A DNA stretch of 39,920 nucleotides, from positions 1 to 39,920 of IMG/VR virus record IMGVR_UViG_3300037601_000117, one strand, 5' to 3'. Position numbers and translations under genes: made by a program. Below the pieces are notes generated by a model. It made no database searches. It was not told the origin of the DNA and saw only the letters and a list, made by a program, of their open reading frames with translations. Shown in pieces: positions 8,229 through 17,424 of this stretch. The DNA is from a virus (lineage: Duplodnaviria; Caudoviricetes). Every line of letters begins with the position of its first letter. Position 1 is the first letter of the stretch.

Positions 8229-9029
8229 ATGCTGCACACACCCGTTCGATCATCCCGGACCTATTCCAACCCCGTCACGGTGGCGGCGCTTTTGCGCACC
8301 AACGGATATGCCGCGGTGCGCCGTGCCGGGCTGGTGCCGCCGGAGGTGCTGCGGGCGGTGCTGGATCAGAACCGGATGGGGGTGAGTGCCGACCGGAAGC
8401 GTGCGAAGCTTGAAATCTTCGTGCCGTCGGTGCCTTGGCGTGCGCTGAAATTTGCGCGGGCGCACGGGGTGCGGTCGCTGCACCGGGCCGACGAGCAGCC
8501 GCATGATGTGCGGCTTGTGGGCGGGCTGATGGCGTGCTGGCGCGGCGGGTTCGACGCGGGGCGCATCGGGACCTCCTTCGGCTGGGACGTGGCCGTGCGG
8601 CTCGGGCCGCTCGACCGGCAGCAGATGGATGTTCTCGCCTATTGCATGGGGCTGGACCTTCAGGCGATGGATGCGGCGGAGGCCGCGGCAAGGGATGCCC
8701 GGCAGGGCCGCACCGGTTCGCCCGGGGAACGGTGGCAGACGGCGACCGCAATCAGCGCCCGGGTGATGCGGCGGACCTGCAGGCTGTTTGGCGTGACGCG
8801 GGCGGAGCTGAAAAGCCGATCGCGCGAAAAGCGGCATGTGCTGCCGAGACATTTCTACTTTCACTGGGCGAAGCGGCTGGGCGATGCGAACGGCCATGTG
8901 CTGAGCTTTCCCATGCTTGGCCGGGCCTGCGGCGGGCGCGACCACACCACCGCCCTGCACGGGGTGAACACCTGGCCGGACAAGCGCAACCTTGCGCGGG
9001 CGATGCTCCGCGAGAGGGGGCGCGGATGA
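8229..9029 (+). CDS. Protein with a C-terminal DnaA domain-IV-like HTH
   Basis: FGVTRAELKSRSR...PR.....LSFPMLGRACGGRDHTTALHG matches the DnaA C-terminal GGRDHTT signature. Confidence 0.75.
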   Translation: MLHTPVRSSRTYSNPVTVAALLRTNGYAAVRRAGLVPPEVLRAVLDQNRMGVSADRKRAKLEIFVPSVPWRALKFARAHGVRSLHRADEQPHDVRLVGGLMACWRGGFDAGRIGTSFGWDVAVRLGPLDRQQMDVLAYCMGLDLQAMDAAEAAARDARQGRTGSPGERWQTATAISARVMRRTCRLFGVTRAELKSRSREKRHVLPRHFYFHWAKRLGDANGHVLSFPMLGRACGGRDHTTALHGVNTWPDKRNLARAMLRERGRG

Positions 9030-10522
9030 AAGAGTATCCTGCCCTTCCGCTGCACCCGCTGTGCACGCTGTTTCCGCCGATGGATGACGAGACCTTTGCG
9101 GCTTTTGTTCAGGATGTGGCCGACAACGGCGTGCGCGAGAAGATCGTGACGCTGGACGGCCATGTGCTGGACGGGCGCAACCGGCAGGCCGCAATGGCCG
9201 AACTGGGGCTCGATCCCGAAGGGCACTACGAGGAATTTTCAGGCGACGATCCGCTCGCCTTCGTTCTGTCGAAAAACCTTGCGCGGCGGCACCTTTCCAC
9301 AAGCCAGCGTGCGGCGGTGGCGGCGCAGCTGGTAACCTGGGAAAAGGGCATGAACCAGCACACGGCCAGCAAGGGGGACGGTCAGGGCGAAGGGTCTGCA
9401 AATTTGCAGACCCGGCAGGCGGCACGCGCGCTTTCGATTTCCGAACGGGCGGTTGCGGCGATGCGGGCGATCCGGCGCGAAGGCTCGGCCTCGCTGGTGG
9501 ATGCGATCCGCGACGGCAGGGTGAACCTGCACCAGGGCGAGGCGCTGAAGATGCTTCCCGATACGGAAGTGCAGCGGCTGCTGAAAGCCGGCGACCGGGC
9601 GGTGATGGAGACGGCCAAGGCGCTCAGGACCGAAAAGATGAAGGCTGCGCGCGAGAACCGGCTTTCGCTGATGTCGGCCATCTCGGCCAAAGGGATTGAG
9701 CGCGCAGCACCCGGCACGCTGCCGAAGCGGGCGTTCGGGGTGATCTATGCCGATGTGCCGTGGGAGCAGCTCGGCGACTGGTCGGATGAAACCGGCAAGG
9801 ACCGGGCCTACCCTTACCCCACGATGCCGCTCGACGACATCAAGGCGCTCTGCGCGGGCGATGAGAGCCCGGCGCTTGATGACGCGGTTCTGTATTTCTG
9901 GCGAACGGCCAACCGCCTGCGGCCTGCGCTCGAGGTGATCGAGGCGTGGGGCTTCGAGGCGATCACCGAAATCGTCTGGGACAAGGTGGATATCGGCATG
10001 GGCCGCTGGGTGCGCGACCGGCACGAGGTGCTGGTGATCGCCAAGCGCGGCGCGCCGCCATGCCCTTTGCCGGGAACCCAGATCGACAGCGTGCAGACCG
10101 AAAAGAAAACCTGGCATTCGGCCAAGCCTGATTTCGCGCGGGCGATGATCGATGTCCAGTTTCCCGGCGTGGCGAAGCTCGAACTGTTCGGGCGGGGCGA
10201 TGCGCCCGATGGCTGGACGTTCTGGGGTTTTGAGGCGGGTTGTTCTGTCCTCACGCTGTCGCCGGGCGAAGGCCCGGCTGCGCTCCGGACGGGGCCTCGC
10301 AAAGGCTCGGACGGGCGCTTGCCCTTGCCGCCTTCGGCGGGGGTGGATGCCGATGGTGCGGGGGACCTGGAAACGGGCGAAGCCCGCAAGGGCAAGCGCC
10401 CGCCGCGCGTCGTCGCGCGCGCTCCCCGCGACGCCGAAGGCGCGCAAACAGAGGGCGCAGCGCCAGCCGGTGAAACCGGCGGTGCGGCCCGTGAGGCAAA
10501 ACCTCTCGAGGTAAAACCATGA
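9026..10522 (+). CDS. ParB-like domain fused to an MT-A70 family adenine methyltransferase
   Basis: N-terminal LDGRNR and NLARRHLS. C-terminal VIYADVPW, YPTM, WGF, WDK, HSAKP and LELFGR. True start is MKEYPALP at 9026. Confidence 0.85.
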   Translation: MKEYPALPLHPLCTLFPPMDDETFAAFVQDVADNGVREKIVTLDGHVLDGRNRQAAMAELGLDPEGHYEEFSGDDPLAFVLSKNLARRHLSTSQRAAVAAQLVTWEKGMNQHTASKGDGQGEGSANLQTRQAARALSISERAVAAMRAIRREGSASLVDAIRDGRVNLHQGEALKMLPDTEVQRLLKAGDRAVMETAKALRTEKMKAARENRLSLMSAISAKGIERAAPGTLPKRAFGVIYADVPWEQLGDWSDETGKDRAYPYPTMPLDDIKALCAGDESPALDDAVLYFWRTANRLRPALEVIEAWGFEAITEIVWDKVDIGMGRWVRDRHEVLVIAKRGAPPCPLPGTQIDSVQTEKKTWHSAKPDFARAMIDVQFPGVAKLELFGRGDAPDGWTFWGFEAGCSVLTLSPGEGPAALRTGPRKGSDGRLPLPPSAGVDADGAGDLETGEARKGKRPPRVVARAPRDAEGAQTEGAAPAGETGGAAREAKPLEVKP

Positions 10523-11118
10523 CTTCCGCGGCGGAAACACGGGCGCGGCTCGACGAGATCCGCGAGCGGCTGGCGGCGGTGCGGGCTGACCGGTGGAGCC
10601 ATGAATTTGAGCATGATGGCGAGCGGATGATCGTCACCCGCGCGGTGTTCGACCGGGACGGACGGAAGGCCGGCGACGAAGCGCCGGTGGCGCTGCTGAC
10701 ATTCGGCGAGGACGCCACCTACCAGGAGAAGGAATTCATCCGAGAGGCGCGCGACGATCTCAGCTTCGTGCTGGATCTGCTGACAGACGCCGGCCGGACG
10801 ATCCGGGAGATGCGCGGCCGGATGGACCGGGTGATGCCGGCCGATGACGGCGCGCGGGTGAAGGATCTTGCGGCGGAGGCCGCGATGAAATGCACCGAGG
10901 CTGCGTTTCAGCGCTTCCTTGCCGATCGCTGCCCTGATGCTGCGGTCGATCCGGAGCTTTATGCCGATCAGTCCGATTCCGACCTCGCCGCGATACGGCT
11001 GAGGCGCGTGCTTGAAATGGAAAGCAGAAGGCAACTCAACACCGACCCGGATGCCGCGCAGCGCTGGCGCGATTTGCGGGCGGACTATCAGGCATGGGGG
11101 CGGGGCGATGGTGCCTGA
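10519..11118 (+). CDS. Hypothetical phage protein
   Basis: 199 aa, ATGA coupling, GAGG RBS. Confidence 0.7.
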   Translation: MTSAAETRARLDEIRERLAAVRADRWSHEFEHDGERMIVTRAVFDRDGRKAGDEAPVALLTFGEDATYQEKEFIREARDDLSFVLDLLTDAGRTIREMRGRMDRVMPADDGARVKDLAAEAAMKCTEAAFQRFLADRCPDAAVDPELYADQSDSDLAAIRLRRVLEMESRRQLNTDPDAAQRWRDLRADYQAWGRGDGA

Positions 11119-11383
11119 ATTTTCACCCGGCATGTTGCGGTTGTTTCTCTATGCGCGGTCCCTGCATGGCGTGGCGATCGGCATCGACCTTGATGTGAAG
11201 GCCGCGAAACGGCGGCTGAGAAAGGCCGCTGGCGTGACCTCCGCCGCTTTCGATGTGGCGTGGGGCGGGCGGCTGAACAAGGCCGCGCCACGCCTCAAAC
11301 TCTGGGGTGCGCTCGGATGCGTGCCGGCGGATCACGGCGTGAAACTGACCGATGACGGGGGGCAGTGCGATGCAGCCGAATAA
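11108..11383 (+). CDS. Hypothetical protein (degenerate HTH-like)
   Basis: MVPEFSPGMLRLFL..., 91 aa, overlapping both neighbours. Confidence 0.6.
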   Translation: MVPEFSPGMLRLFLYARSLHGVAIGIDLDVKAAKRRLRKAAGVTSAAFDVAWGGRLNKAAPRLKLWGALGCVPADHGVKLTDDGGQCDAAE

Positions 11384-11669
11384 TCCGAAACTGGCGGGCT
11401 TCGACTGGCGGCGCTTCGGACATGAACTGTCTCTAAAGCACCGGTCGGACGGGCGCGGCCTGCGCGCCATCGGCGCTGAAACAGGCGTGACGGCAAGCGA
11501 CCTTTCGCGCGCCATGGGCGGGCAACCGGTGGCGGTGAACAAGGTGATCGCGATGTCCCGCTGGCTCGGCCTGGATATCATGGATTTCTACCTTCAGCCG
11601 TTGCTGGAACCAATGAAAACAGGCTGTTGCAGTGGGCCAAACGTGAAACATCGGGAGGCGGCGGAATGA
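11370..11669 (+). CDS. XRE-type HTH protein
   Basis: GLRAIGAETGVTASDLSRAMGG...VIAMSRWLGL HTH pattern. Confidence 0.7.
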   Translation: MQPNNPKLAGFDWRRFGHELSLKHRSDGRGLRAIGAETGVTASDLSRAMGGQPVAVNKVIAMSRWLGLDIMDFYLQPLLEPMKTGCCSGPNVKHREAAE

Positions 11670-13915
11670 CTGAACCCTTGATCATCGACTGTTTTGCAGG
11701 CGGCGGCGGAGCCTCGACCGGGATTGAAATGGCGCTTGGGCGCTCGCCGGATTTTGCGATCAACCACGATCCGGTGGCGGTCGCCATGCATGCGGTCAAC
11801 CATCCGGAGTCCGTGCATCTGTGCCAGAACGTCTACAAGGTCGATCCGCTCGATTATTTCGCGCGCAGGCATATCGGCTTTGCCTGGTTCTCGCCCGACT
11901 GCAAGCATTTCTCCAAGGCCAAGGGCGGCGCGCCGGTGCAGCGGAACATCCGCGACCTTGCATGGATCATTCCGGGCTGGATCGAGCGGATCCAGAAATC
12001 CGGCGGGCGTGTCGACGTCGTGGCGATCGAGAATGTCGAGGAGTTCCGCACCTGGGGGCCGTTGATCACCACCGACAAGGGGCTTGTGCCCGATCCGGAG
12101 CGGCGCGGCGAGACCTTCGAGCTTTGGTGCCGGAAGCTGAAAAAGCTCGGCGGCAGGATGGAATGGAAGGAACTCAGGGCCTGCGACTATGGCGCGCCGA
12201 CCATCCGCCGGCGCGTGTTCATCATCATCCGGTTCGACGGCAAGAAGATCGTCTGGCCGGAGCCGACGCACGGTGCGCCCGACAGCGAGGAGGTGAAGGC
12301 CGGCAAGCTGAAGCCGTGGCTGACCGCGGGGCGCGATGTGATCGACTGGTCGCTGCCGTGCCCCTCGATCTTCGACACCAAGGCGGAGATTCTGCTCAAG
12401 CACAATCTCAGGGCCGTGCGGCCGCTGGCGAATGCCACGCAGGCACTGGTGGCGCGCGGCATCCGGCGCTACGTGCTGGACGCGGCGCGGCCGTTTCTGG
12501 TGAACCTCACGCACGGGGCGCGGATCGAGGATGCGGGCGAACCGATGCGCACCATCACCGGGGCGAATCGGGGTGAGAAAGCGGTGATCGCCCCGTCGCT
12601 CGCTGCGTATTACGGCAAGGGCAATGGCGGCGAAGACCGCAGCGCCGATGCGCGCGACCCACTCAAGACGGTGGTGACCGAAAACCGCCACGCCGTCATT
12701 GCGCCATCACTGACCCGGTTCAACTCCGGCGCAACCGGTTCGGGGATGGATGAGCCTGCGCCGACCGTGACGGCGAACAGTTTCAAGAAGCGGCCCGGCG
12801 GGGCTGCACCGCTGGGCGTAGTGTCCCCGGTGATGACCTATGCCCAGCAGGGCGGCGCGATCCGGGATCCTGCCGACCCGCTGCACACGGTGACGGCATC
12901 GGCCAAGGACCAGAACGCGGTGATCGCGCCGCACCTGATGACCATGCGCAACGCCGGAAAGCCGTTTCAGGGTGCCGATCAGCCTGCCCACACGGTGACC
13001 GCCGGCGGGGCGGGTTTGACCTGTGTCGCCGCCTCGCTGGCGCAAACGGGCTATGGCGAGAGGGAAGGGCAGGCGCCGCGCTCGCTCGATCCTGATGCGC
13101 CGCTGGGCACGGTTGTGGCGGGCGGTGTCAAGCATGCGCCGATCGCGGCTTATATGGCTCAGCACAACGGGAATGGCGTGATCGGGCGTGCAGCGGATCA
13201 GCCGGTTGCAACAGCCACGCAATCCGGAAGCCAGAGCCAGCTGGTCGCAGCCAGCATGCTTTCCATGAAGGGCAGCACACGGCGCGCCAGCCCTGCCGAT
13301 GAGCCTGCACGCGTTGCCTGCACGGGTGGCGGGCAATCGGCCCTCGTGGCGGCCCATGTGACGCGCCAGTTTGGGGCTTCGGTGGGCCATGCCGGATCGG
13401 AACCGACGGGATCAGTCACCGCGGGCGTGAACAAGACTGGCATCGTCGCCGGTGCGCTCACCAAATACTACGGCACGGGTGATGGGCAGGAGCCAGGCGA
13501 TCCGCTCCACACCGTGACCACGAAGGACCGGTTCTGCCTTGCCACGGCGGCTCTCTCCGCCCCGCCCTTCGCGCCGGAGCATCACGCCCGGGCCCGCGAG
13601 GTGGCGGACTTCCTGCGTGCCCATGGCTTCTGGGATGACCGCGAGTTCGTGACGCTGGACGTGGCGCTTGAAACAGGCGTGTCGGTAACGCTGGTGATGG
13701 TGGATATCGGCATGCGGATGCTGACGCCGCGCGAGCTGTTCAACGCGCAAGGGTTTCCCGCCGACTACGAAATCGAGCGGGATGCGGCCGGCAACATGTT
13801 CTCGAAATCCGACCAGGTGGGCCGCGCCGGCAACAGCGTGTGCCCGCCGCTTGCAGCCGCCATCACGGCCGCCAACGTGCCGCATCTGGCGCAGGCCCGG
13901 GAGGCTGCGGAATGA
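11666..13915 (+). CDS. DNA cytosine-5 methyltransferase (orphan, phage type with internal repeats)
   Basis: Motif I FAGGGG, catalytic SPDC, ENV, DYGAPT.R.R, RMLTPREL..AQGFP and GNSV. True start is MTEPLII at 11666. Confidence 0.92.
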   Translation: MTEPLIIDCFAGGGGASTGIEMALGRSPDFAINHDPVAVAMHAVNHPESVHLCQNVYKVDPLDYFARRHIGFAWFSPDCKHFSKAKGGAPVQRNIRDLAWIIPGWIERIQKSGGRVDVVAIENVEEFRTWGPLITTDKGLVPDPERRGETFELWCRKLKKLGGRMEWKELRACDYGAPTIRRRVFIIIRFDGKKIVWPEPTHGAPDSEEVKAGKLKPWLTAGRDVIDWSLPCPSIFDTKAEILLKHNLRAVRPLANATQALVARGIRRYVLDAARPFLVNLTHGARIEDAGEPMRTITGANRGEKAVIAPSLAAYYGKGNGGEDRSADARDPLKTVVTENRHAVIAPSLTRFNSGATGSGMDEPAPTVTANSFKKRPGGAAPLGVVSPVMTYAQQGGAIRDPADPLHTVTASAKDQNAVIAPHLMTMRNAGKPFQGADQPAHTVTAGGAGLTCVAASLAQTGYGEREGQAPRSLDPDAPLGTVVAGGVKHAPIAAYMAQHNGNGVIGRAADQPVATATQSGSQSQLVAASMLSMKGSTRRASPADEPARVACTGGGQSALVAAHVTRQFGASVGHAGSEPTGSVTAGVNKTGIVAGALTKYYGTGDGQEPGDPLHTVTTKDRFCLATAALSAPPFAPEHHARAREVADFLRAHGFWDDREFVTLDVALETGVSVTLVMVDIGMRMLTPRELFNAQGFPADYEIERDAAGNMFSKSDQVGRAGNSVCPPLAAAITAANVPHLAQAREAAE

Positions 13916-15183
13916 GCAATTACTGTTCGGACGTCGTTTGGAAGCGCGCTTTTGGAGACCGGTCGAAGAAGGCTGTCGCCTCGCGCCTGGCTGACCATGC
14001 CGATGATGAGGGGCGCGGTATCTGGCCTTCTGTCGAGCGTGTGGCTGCGCAGACCGAGCTGTCTGAAAGAACGGTCCAGCGGGTGCTGGATGCATTTGTG
14101 AAGGATGGCATTCTGATCGTCGTTGACGAAGGCGGGCGCGGCCCGGGGTCCACGCGGCGATATGACTTTGACATGGCGAAGGTCGAGGCCTTGCCGCTCG
14201 CCGAATGGGGCCGAAACAAGGGCCGGAAAAAGGGTGACACCATGTCACCCTTGCCTCAATCCAAGGGTGACACCGTGTCGGATAAGGGTGACAACCACGA
14301 CACGGAAGGGTGTCACCGTGACACCCAAACCCCCATAGAACCATCAATAGAACCATCAAGAGAGAGAGTGCGCGCGAGCGCGGACGATGCAGGTGAGCGG
14401 GAAGGGGTGCAGCCTGCCACATCGGACAAGCCCGATGCGTCGACCGTGCCGGGAACGGCGGATTTCGAGAAGCGGGTGATGCGGTTCTGCAACGGAAAGG
14501 GATTTGCGGCGGGGCCCTGGCCCGACTGGGACACCTCCTCGCCGGGCTATATCGGCAAGCAGTTCGCAAGGCTCGACGAGGCGGACCGGTGCCATGCCGA
14601 GCGGTGGCGCGATGCCTATCTGCGGGATCTCGCCACTCGCAAGCGAAAGCCGGTGCCGGTGGGCGTGTTTATCCGCGACAGGCTTTGGGAGGGTCTCGAC
14701 CCCGAACTGCTGCTGAAGGCGGAACGGGCGGCGGCGCAGGGAGCCAGGCCTGCCGAACATGCCAAGCCCGATGGATGGGCGCCCTCGATGGGGCCGGTGT
14801 GGGCGGCGCTGGTGTTTGCCACGCTGATCAGGGGGCCAGAGCACCCGGAGCATGCGCCGGGTGCGGGTGGGGTGTGGCTGGCGGGAACGGTTCGCCGGGC
14901 ATGGCCGCAGCTCGCCGGGCTGTTTCAGCTTGCACAGACCAACAGGGGCCTGGTGGCGCCCGAGCGGTTTCATGCGCTCAAGGATGCGATGGAATTCGTG
15001 CCCGAGGGCTGCAGCGTCTGGAGCGACTGGCAGGATGAATTCAAGCGCCGCGCATGGCCGGACCTCCCGCGGCGCGACGCGATGGAAGGTCTCTTCATGC
15101 CCAAGGACGGTCCGCAGTGTATCGCCGCGTTTGAAGAGGCCCTGGCAGGGCAATCACACAAAACAAGCGAGGCGGCTCAATGA
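13912..15183 (+). CDS. Replication initiator protein (N-terminal winged HTH)
   Basis: LADHADDEG..IWPSVERVA..TELSERTVQRVL motif, internal iteron cluster and typical position. Confidence 0.85.
   Translation: MSNYCSDVVWKRAFGDRSKKAVASRLADHADDEGRGIWPSVERVAAQTELSERTVQRVLDAFVKDGILIVVDEGGRGPGSTRRYDFDMAKVEALPLAEWGRNKGRKKGDTMSPLPQSKGDTVSDKGDNHDTEGCHRDTQTPIEPSIEPSRERVRASADDAGEREGVQPATSDKPDASTVPGTADFEKRVMRFCNGKGFAAGPWPDWDTSSPGYIGKQFARLDEADRCHAERWRDAYLRDLATRKRKPVPVGVFIRDRLWEGLDPELLLKAERAAAQGARPAEHAKPDGWAPSMGPVWAALVFATLIRGPEHPEHAPGAGGVWLAGTVRRAWPQLAGLFQLAQTNRGLVAPERFHALKDAMEFVPEGCSVWSDWQDEFKRRAWPDLPRRDAMEGLFMPKDGPQCIAAFEEALAGQSHKTSEAAQ
14230..14358. repeat. Replication origin iterons inside the initiator gene
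   Basis: AAGGGTGACA at 14230, 14263 and 14284; AAGGGTGTCA at 14306; inverted copies at 14243 and 14319; then tandem ATAGAACCATCA x2. Confidence 0.8.
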
Positions 15184-15818
15184 TGCACGAGAACAGGTTT
15201 CGGGGATCGCGGATCGGAGCGTCATCGTCCAGCCGTTTCGATGAGCGGATGAACCGAATCAGGCTGGGTCACCTTGAAGACGAGGCCGGTCCTGCAGGCG
15301 CCGATTCGCCATGGTTCTGTCTTCGTGTGGAATTCGGGCGCGAAATCGCTGTGGAAAATGAGCTTCAGCGGTACAAGATCGAGACGCTGGTGCCGATGCG
15401 AAAGGGGCGCGAAAGGCGCATAAGGCACCGTCTTGTGGCTGCCAGAACGGAGCCTGCCATCACCGGATATGTGCTCGTCAGGTTCGACTATTGTCCCGAG
15501 GTCTGCGCGGGATTGATGGCGATCACGCATGTGGTCGGGCTGCTTTCCGTGGATGAAATTCCGATCCCCATGAGCCACGAAGAAGTCATGAGATTCAAGG
15601 CGAAAGCCGATGACGGCTCGCTTGATTGGCAGCATGACAGCGGGGTGGTGTATCGGGCCGGTGACAAGGTGCGGATTGTGGAAGGTCCGTTCGGCGGGTT
15701 TGCCGGTGTCGTGGTGTCGGTGCGCGCGGACGGGCGTGGTGATGCGGTGGTCGAGGCGGATGTGTTCGGGCGCATGACGCCCGTTACGTTGCCTCTTGCC
15801 ATTCTCGAAAAGCTGTGA
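15180..15818 (+). CDS. NusG-paralog antiterminator (late-gene regulator)
   Basis: NGN domain (WFCLRV..GRE, P..TGYVLV) plus KOW (GDKVRIVEGPFGGF.G.V...FGR.TPV). Occupies the lambda Q position. Confidence 0.9.
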   Translation: MMHENRFRGSRIGASSSSRFDERMNRIRLGHLEDEAGPAGADSPWFCLRVEFGREIAVENELQRYKIETLVPMRKGRERRIRHRLVAARTEPAITGYVLVRFDYCPEVCAGLMAITHVVGLLSVDEIPIPMSHEEVMRFKAKADDGSLDWQHDSGVVYRAGDKVRIVEGPFGGFAGVVVSVRADGRGDAVVEADVFGRMTPVTLPLAILEKL

Positions 15819-15830
15819 GTTTAAATAGTG

Positions 15831-15995
15831 CCGGGATGATCCGATGATCCTGAGTGAGCCCCTGACCTGACGGTGCGCGATGCGCAGCCCGATGGGAGCG
15901 AAGCGATAATGCTTCCGGGTCGGTACGCCGGTCGGACCCCGCCCTGACAGCCTCTATGATGAGGCGATCGATTCAGGGCCAGTGCGCAAGCTATG
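15831..15995 (+). ncRNA. Candidate structured late-leader RNA
   Basis: Non-coding gap with several stems: CGGGAT/ATCCTG, GGGAGC/GCTTCC, GGGTC/GACCC, and GCCCTGA/TCAGGGC enclosing GCCTC/GAGGC. Confidence 0.4.
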
Positions 15996-16009
15996 TCCGA
16001 AAGAAACAG

Positions 16010-16591
16010 ATGCAGTTCGACGTTGTTTCCAACGCAGCGGCTTTCACAAAGGGCGTTAAGCGGGTTCGCAATGATGTCCGGTTTGCACAAGCCAAGGCCT
16101 TGACTGCCACCGCAAAGGAACTTGTCGGGGTATCAAACAGGCACACGGTGCGAGCATTCGACAGGCCCACGAGGTTCACCCAGAACTCCGCCGCCATGCG
16201 GTGGGCAACAAAGCAGAACCTGAAGGCCCGGGTCTTCATCAAGGATATTCAGGCAGGTTATCTCGAACTGGAGGAGGCAGGCGGAACCAGAAAGCCCAAG
16301 CGCCAGTTCCTTCCCGTGCCATCGAATGCAAGGCTGAACAAGTTCGGCAACATGGGCCGCAGACAATTGGCCACCATGCTGGCGCGGCCTGATCATTTCA
16401 TCGCGGAGATCAACGGAACCGTCGGTGTTTGGAAACGAGAACGGCGCGGCGGTCTCAAGCTGATGGTCACCTTCACGCCGACAGCGAAGTACGACAAGCG
16501 CTTCCATTGGCGCAGGACCATGGAGAAAAACGCCCGGCGGCTGTTCCCGAACTTCTATGCCCGCGAACTCGACCGAATTTTTCGACGCTGA
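16010..16591 (+). CDS. Basic virion morphogenesis protein (lambda gpZ-like tail completion)
   Basis: RFAQAKALTATA...FDRPTRFT..S and YLELEEAGGTRKPK pattern; first late gene. Confidence 0.65.
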   Translation: MQFDVVSNAAAFTKGVKRVRNDVRFAQAKALTATAKELVGVSNRHTVRAFDRPTRFTQNSAAMRWATKQNLKARVFIKDIQAGYLELEEAGGTRKPKRQFLPVPSNARLNKFGNMGRRQLATMLARPDHFIAEINGTVGVWKRERRGGLKLMVTFTPTAKYDKRFHWRRTMEKNARRLFPNFYARELDRIFRR

Positions 16592-16616
16592 TCGCGCAGT
16601 CTCCGATCAATAGCTC

Positions 16617-16670
16617 GGGTCCTCCCGGCACTTCCACCGCCCGCGGGTATTTCCCGTCCGCGGGCTTTTC
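16617..16670 (+). other. Lambda-like cos site (cosQ plus cosN)
   Basis: GGGTCCT (identical to lambda cosQ) at 16617-16623, then the dyad GCCCGCGG-GTATTTCCCGT-CCGCGGGC immediately upstream of terS. Confidence 0.7.
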
Positions 16671-16719
16671 CGAATTGTCGGGGCTGGGGCGGGTGTGAGT
16701 TTTCATTGTTGTTGTTGTG

Positions 16720-17379
16720 ATGCCTGAGAAACATGATCTGAGCCCTGACGAGCTTGCGGAACTGGCGGTGGAGTTTCCGCTGCCGGACGGGGTCGATGAC
16801 GTCGTGTTGAACCGGTCGGAGCTGGCCGAATTCTTCAACGTTGCGGCGAACACGATCACGACATGGATCAGCCAGGGCCTGCCGGTCGAGCGGGAAGGGA
16901 CCAACGGCCAGGCCTACGAATTCCGCGCGTCGCATTGCTATGCCTGGCGCAAGGCGAAAGAGCGGAACGACCACGAGCGGAGTGCCGCGGCGCAAAGTGC
17001 AATCCGGGCGATGCGGCTGGCGCTCACTGGCGGCAAGCCCGGCGACAGCATCGAGGCGCTGAGCCCGAAGGAAAAGCAGGAAGCGATCGCGGCGCAGCTC
17101 GCCTATGAGCAGTTCCAGCGCGCGCGCAACGAACTGATCGACCGGGGCGAGGTTGCCGACTTGCTGGAGGGAATTTTCTCGACAGTGCGCGATGTCCTGG
17201 CTTCGCTGCCCGACACGATGGAACGCGAGAACCTGATTGCGCCATCCGATGCCGAGAAGGTCATCGATCTGTGCGACGGAACCCTAGAAGACATGCGTGG
17301 ACGGATCACCCGGTTCTTCGAAATCCGGCCTGTGAAGGCCAATGACAAGCAGCCGGGCCAGACGCTGTTCGACGCCTGA
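16720..17379 (+). CDS. Terminase small subunit (Nu1-like)
   Basis: Winged HTH LNRSELAEFFNVAANTITTWISQGLPV; located after cos. Confidence 0.88.
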   Translation: MPEKHDLSPDELAELAVEFPLPDGVDDVVLNRSELAEFFNVAANTITTWISQGLPVEREGTNGQAYEFRASHCYAWRKAKERNDHERSAAAQSAIRAMRLALTGGKPGDSIEALSPKEKQEAIAAQLAYEQFQRARNELIDRGEVADLLEGIFSTVRDVLASLPDTMERENLIAPSDAEKVIDLCDGTLEDMRGRITRFFEIRPVKANDKQPGQTLFDA

Positions 17380-17424
17380 TTTCAATCCTTTCTCAATCCG
17401 ACCAACAAACCAGGAGCGGGTCCC

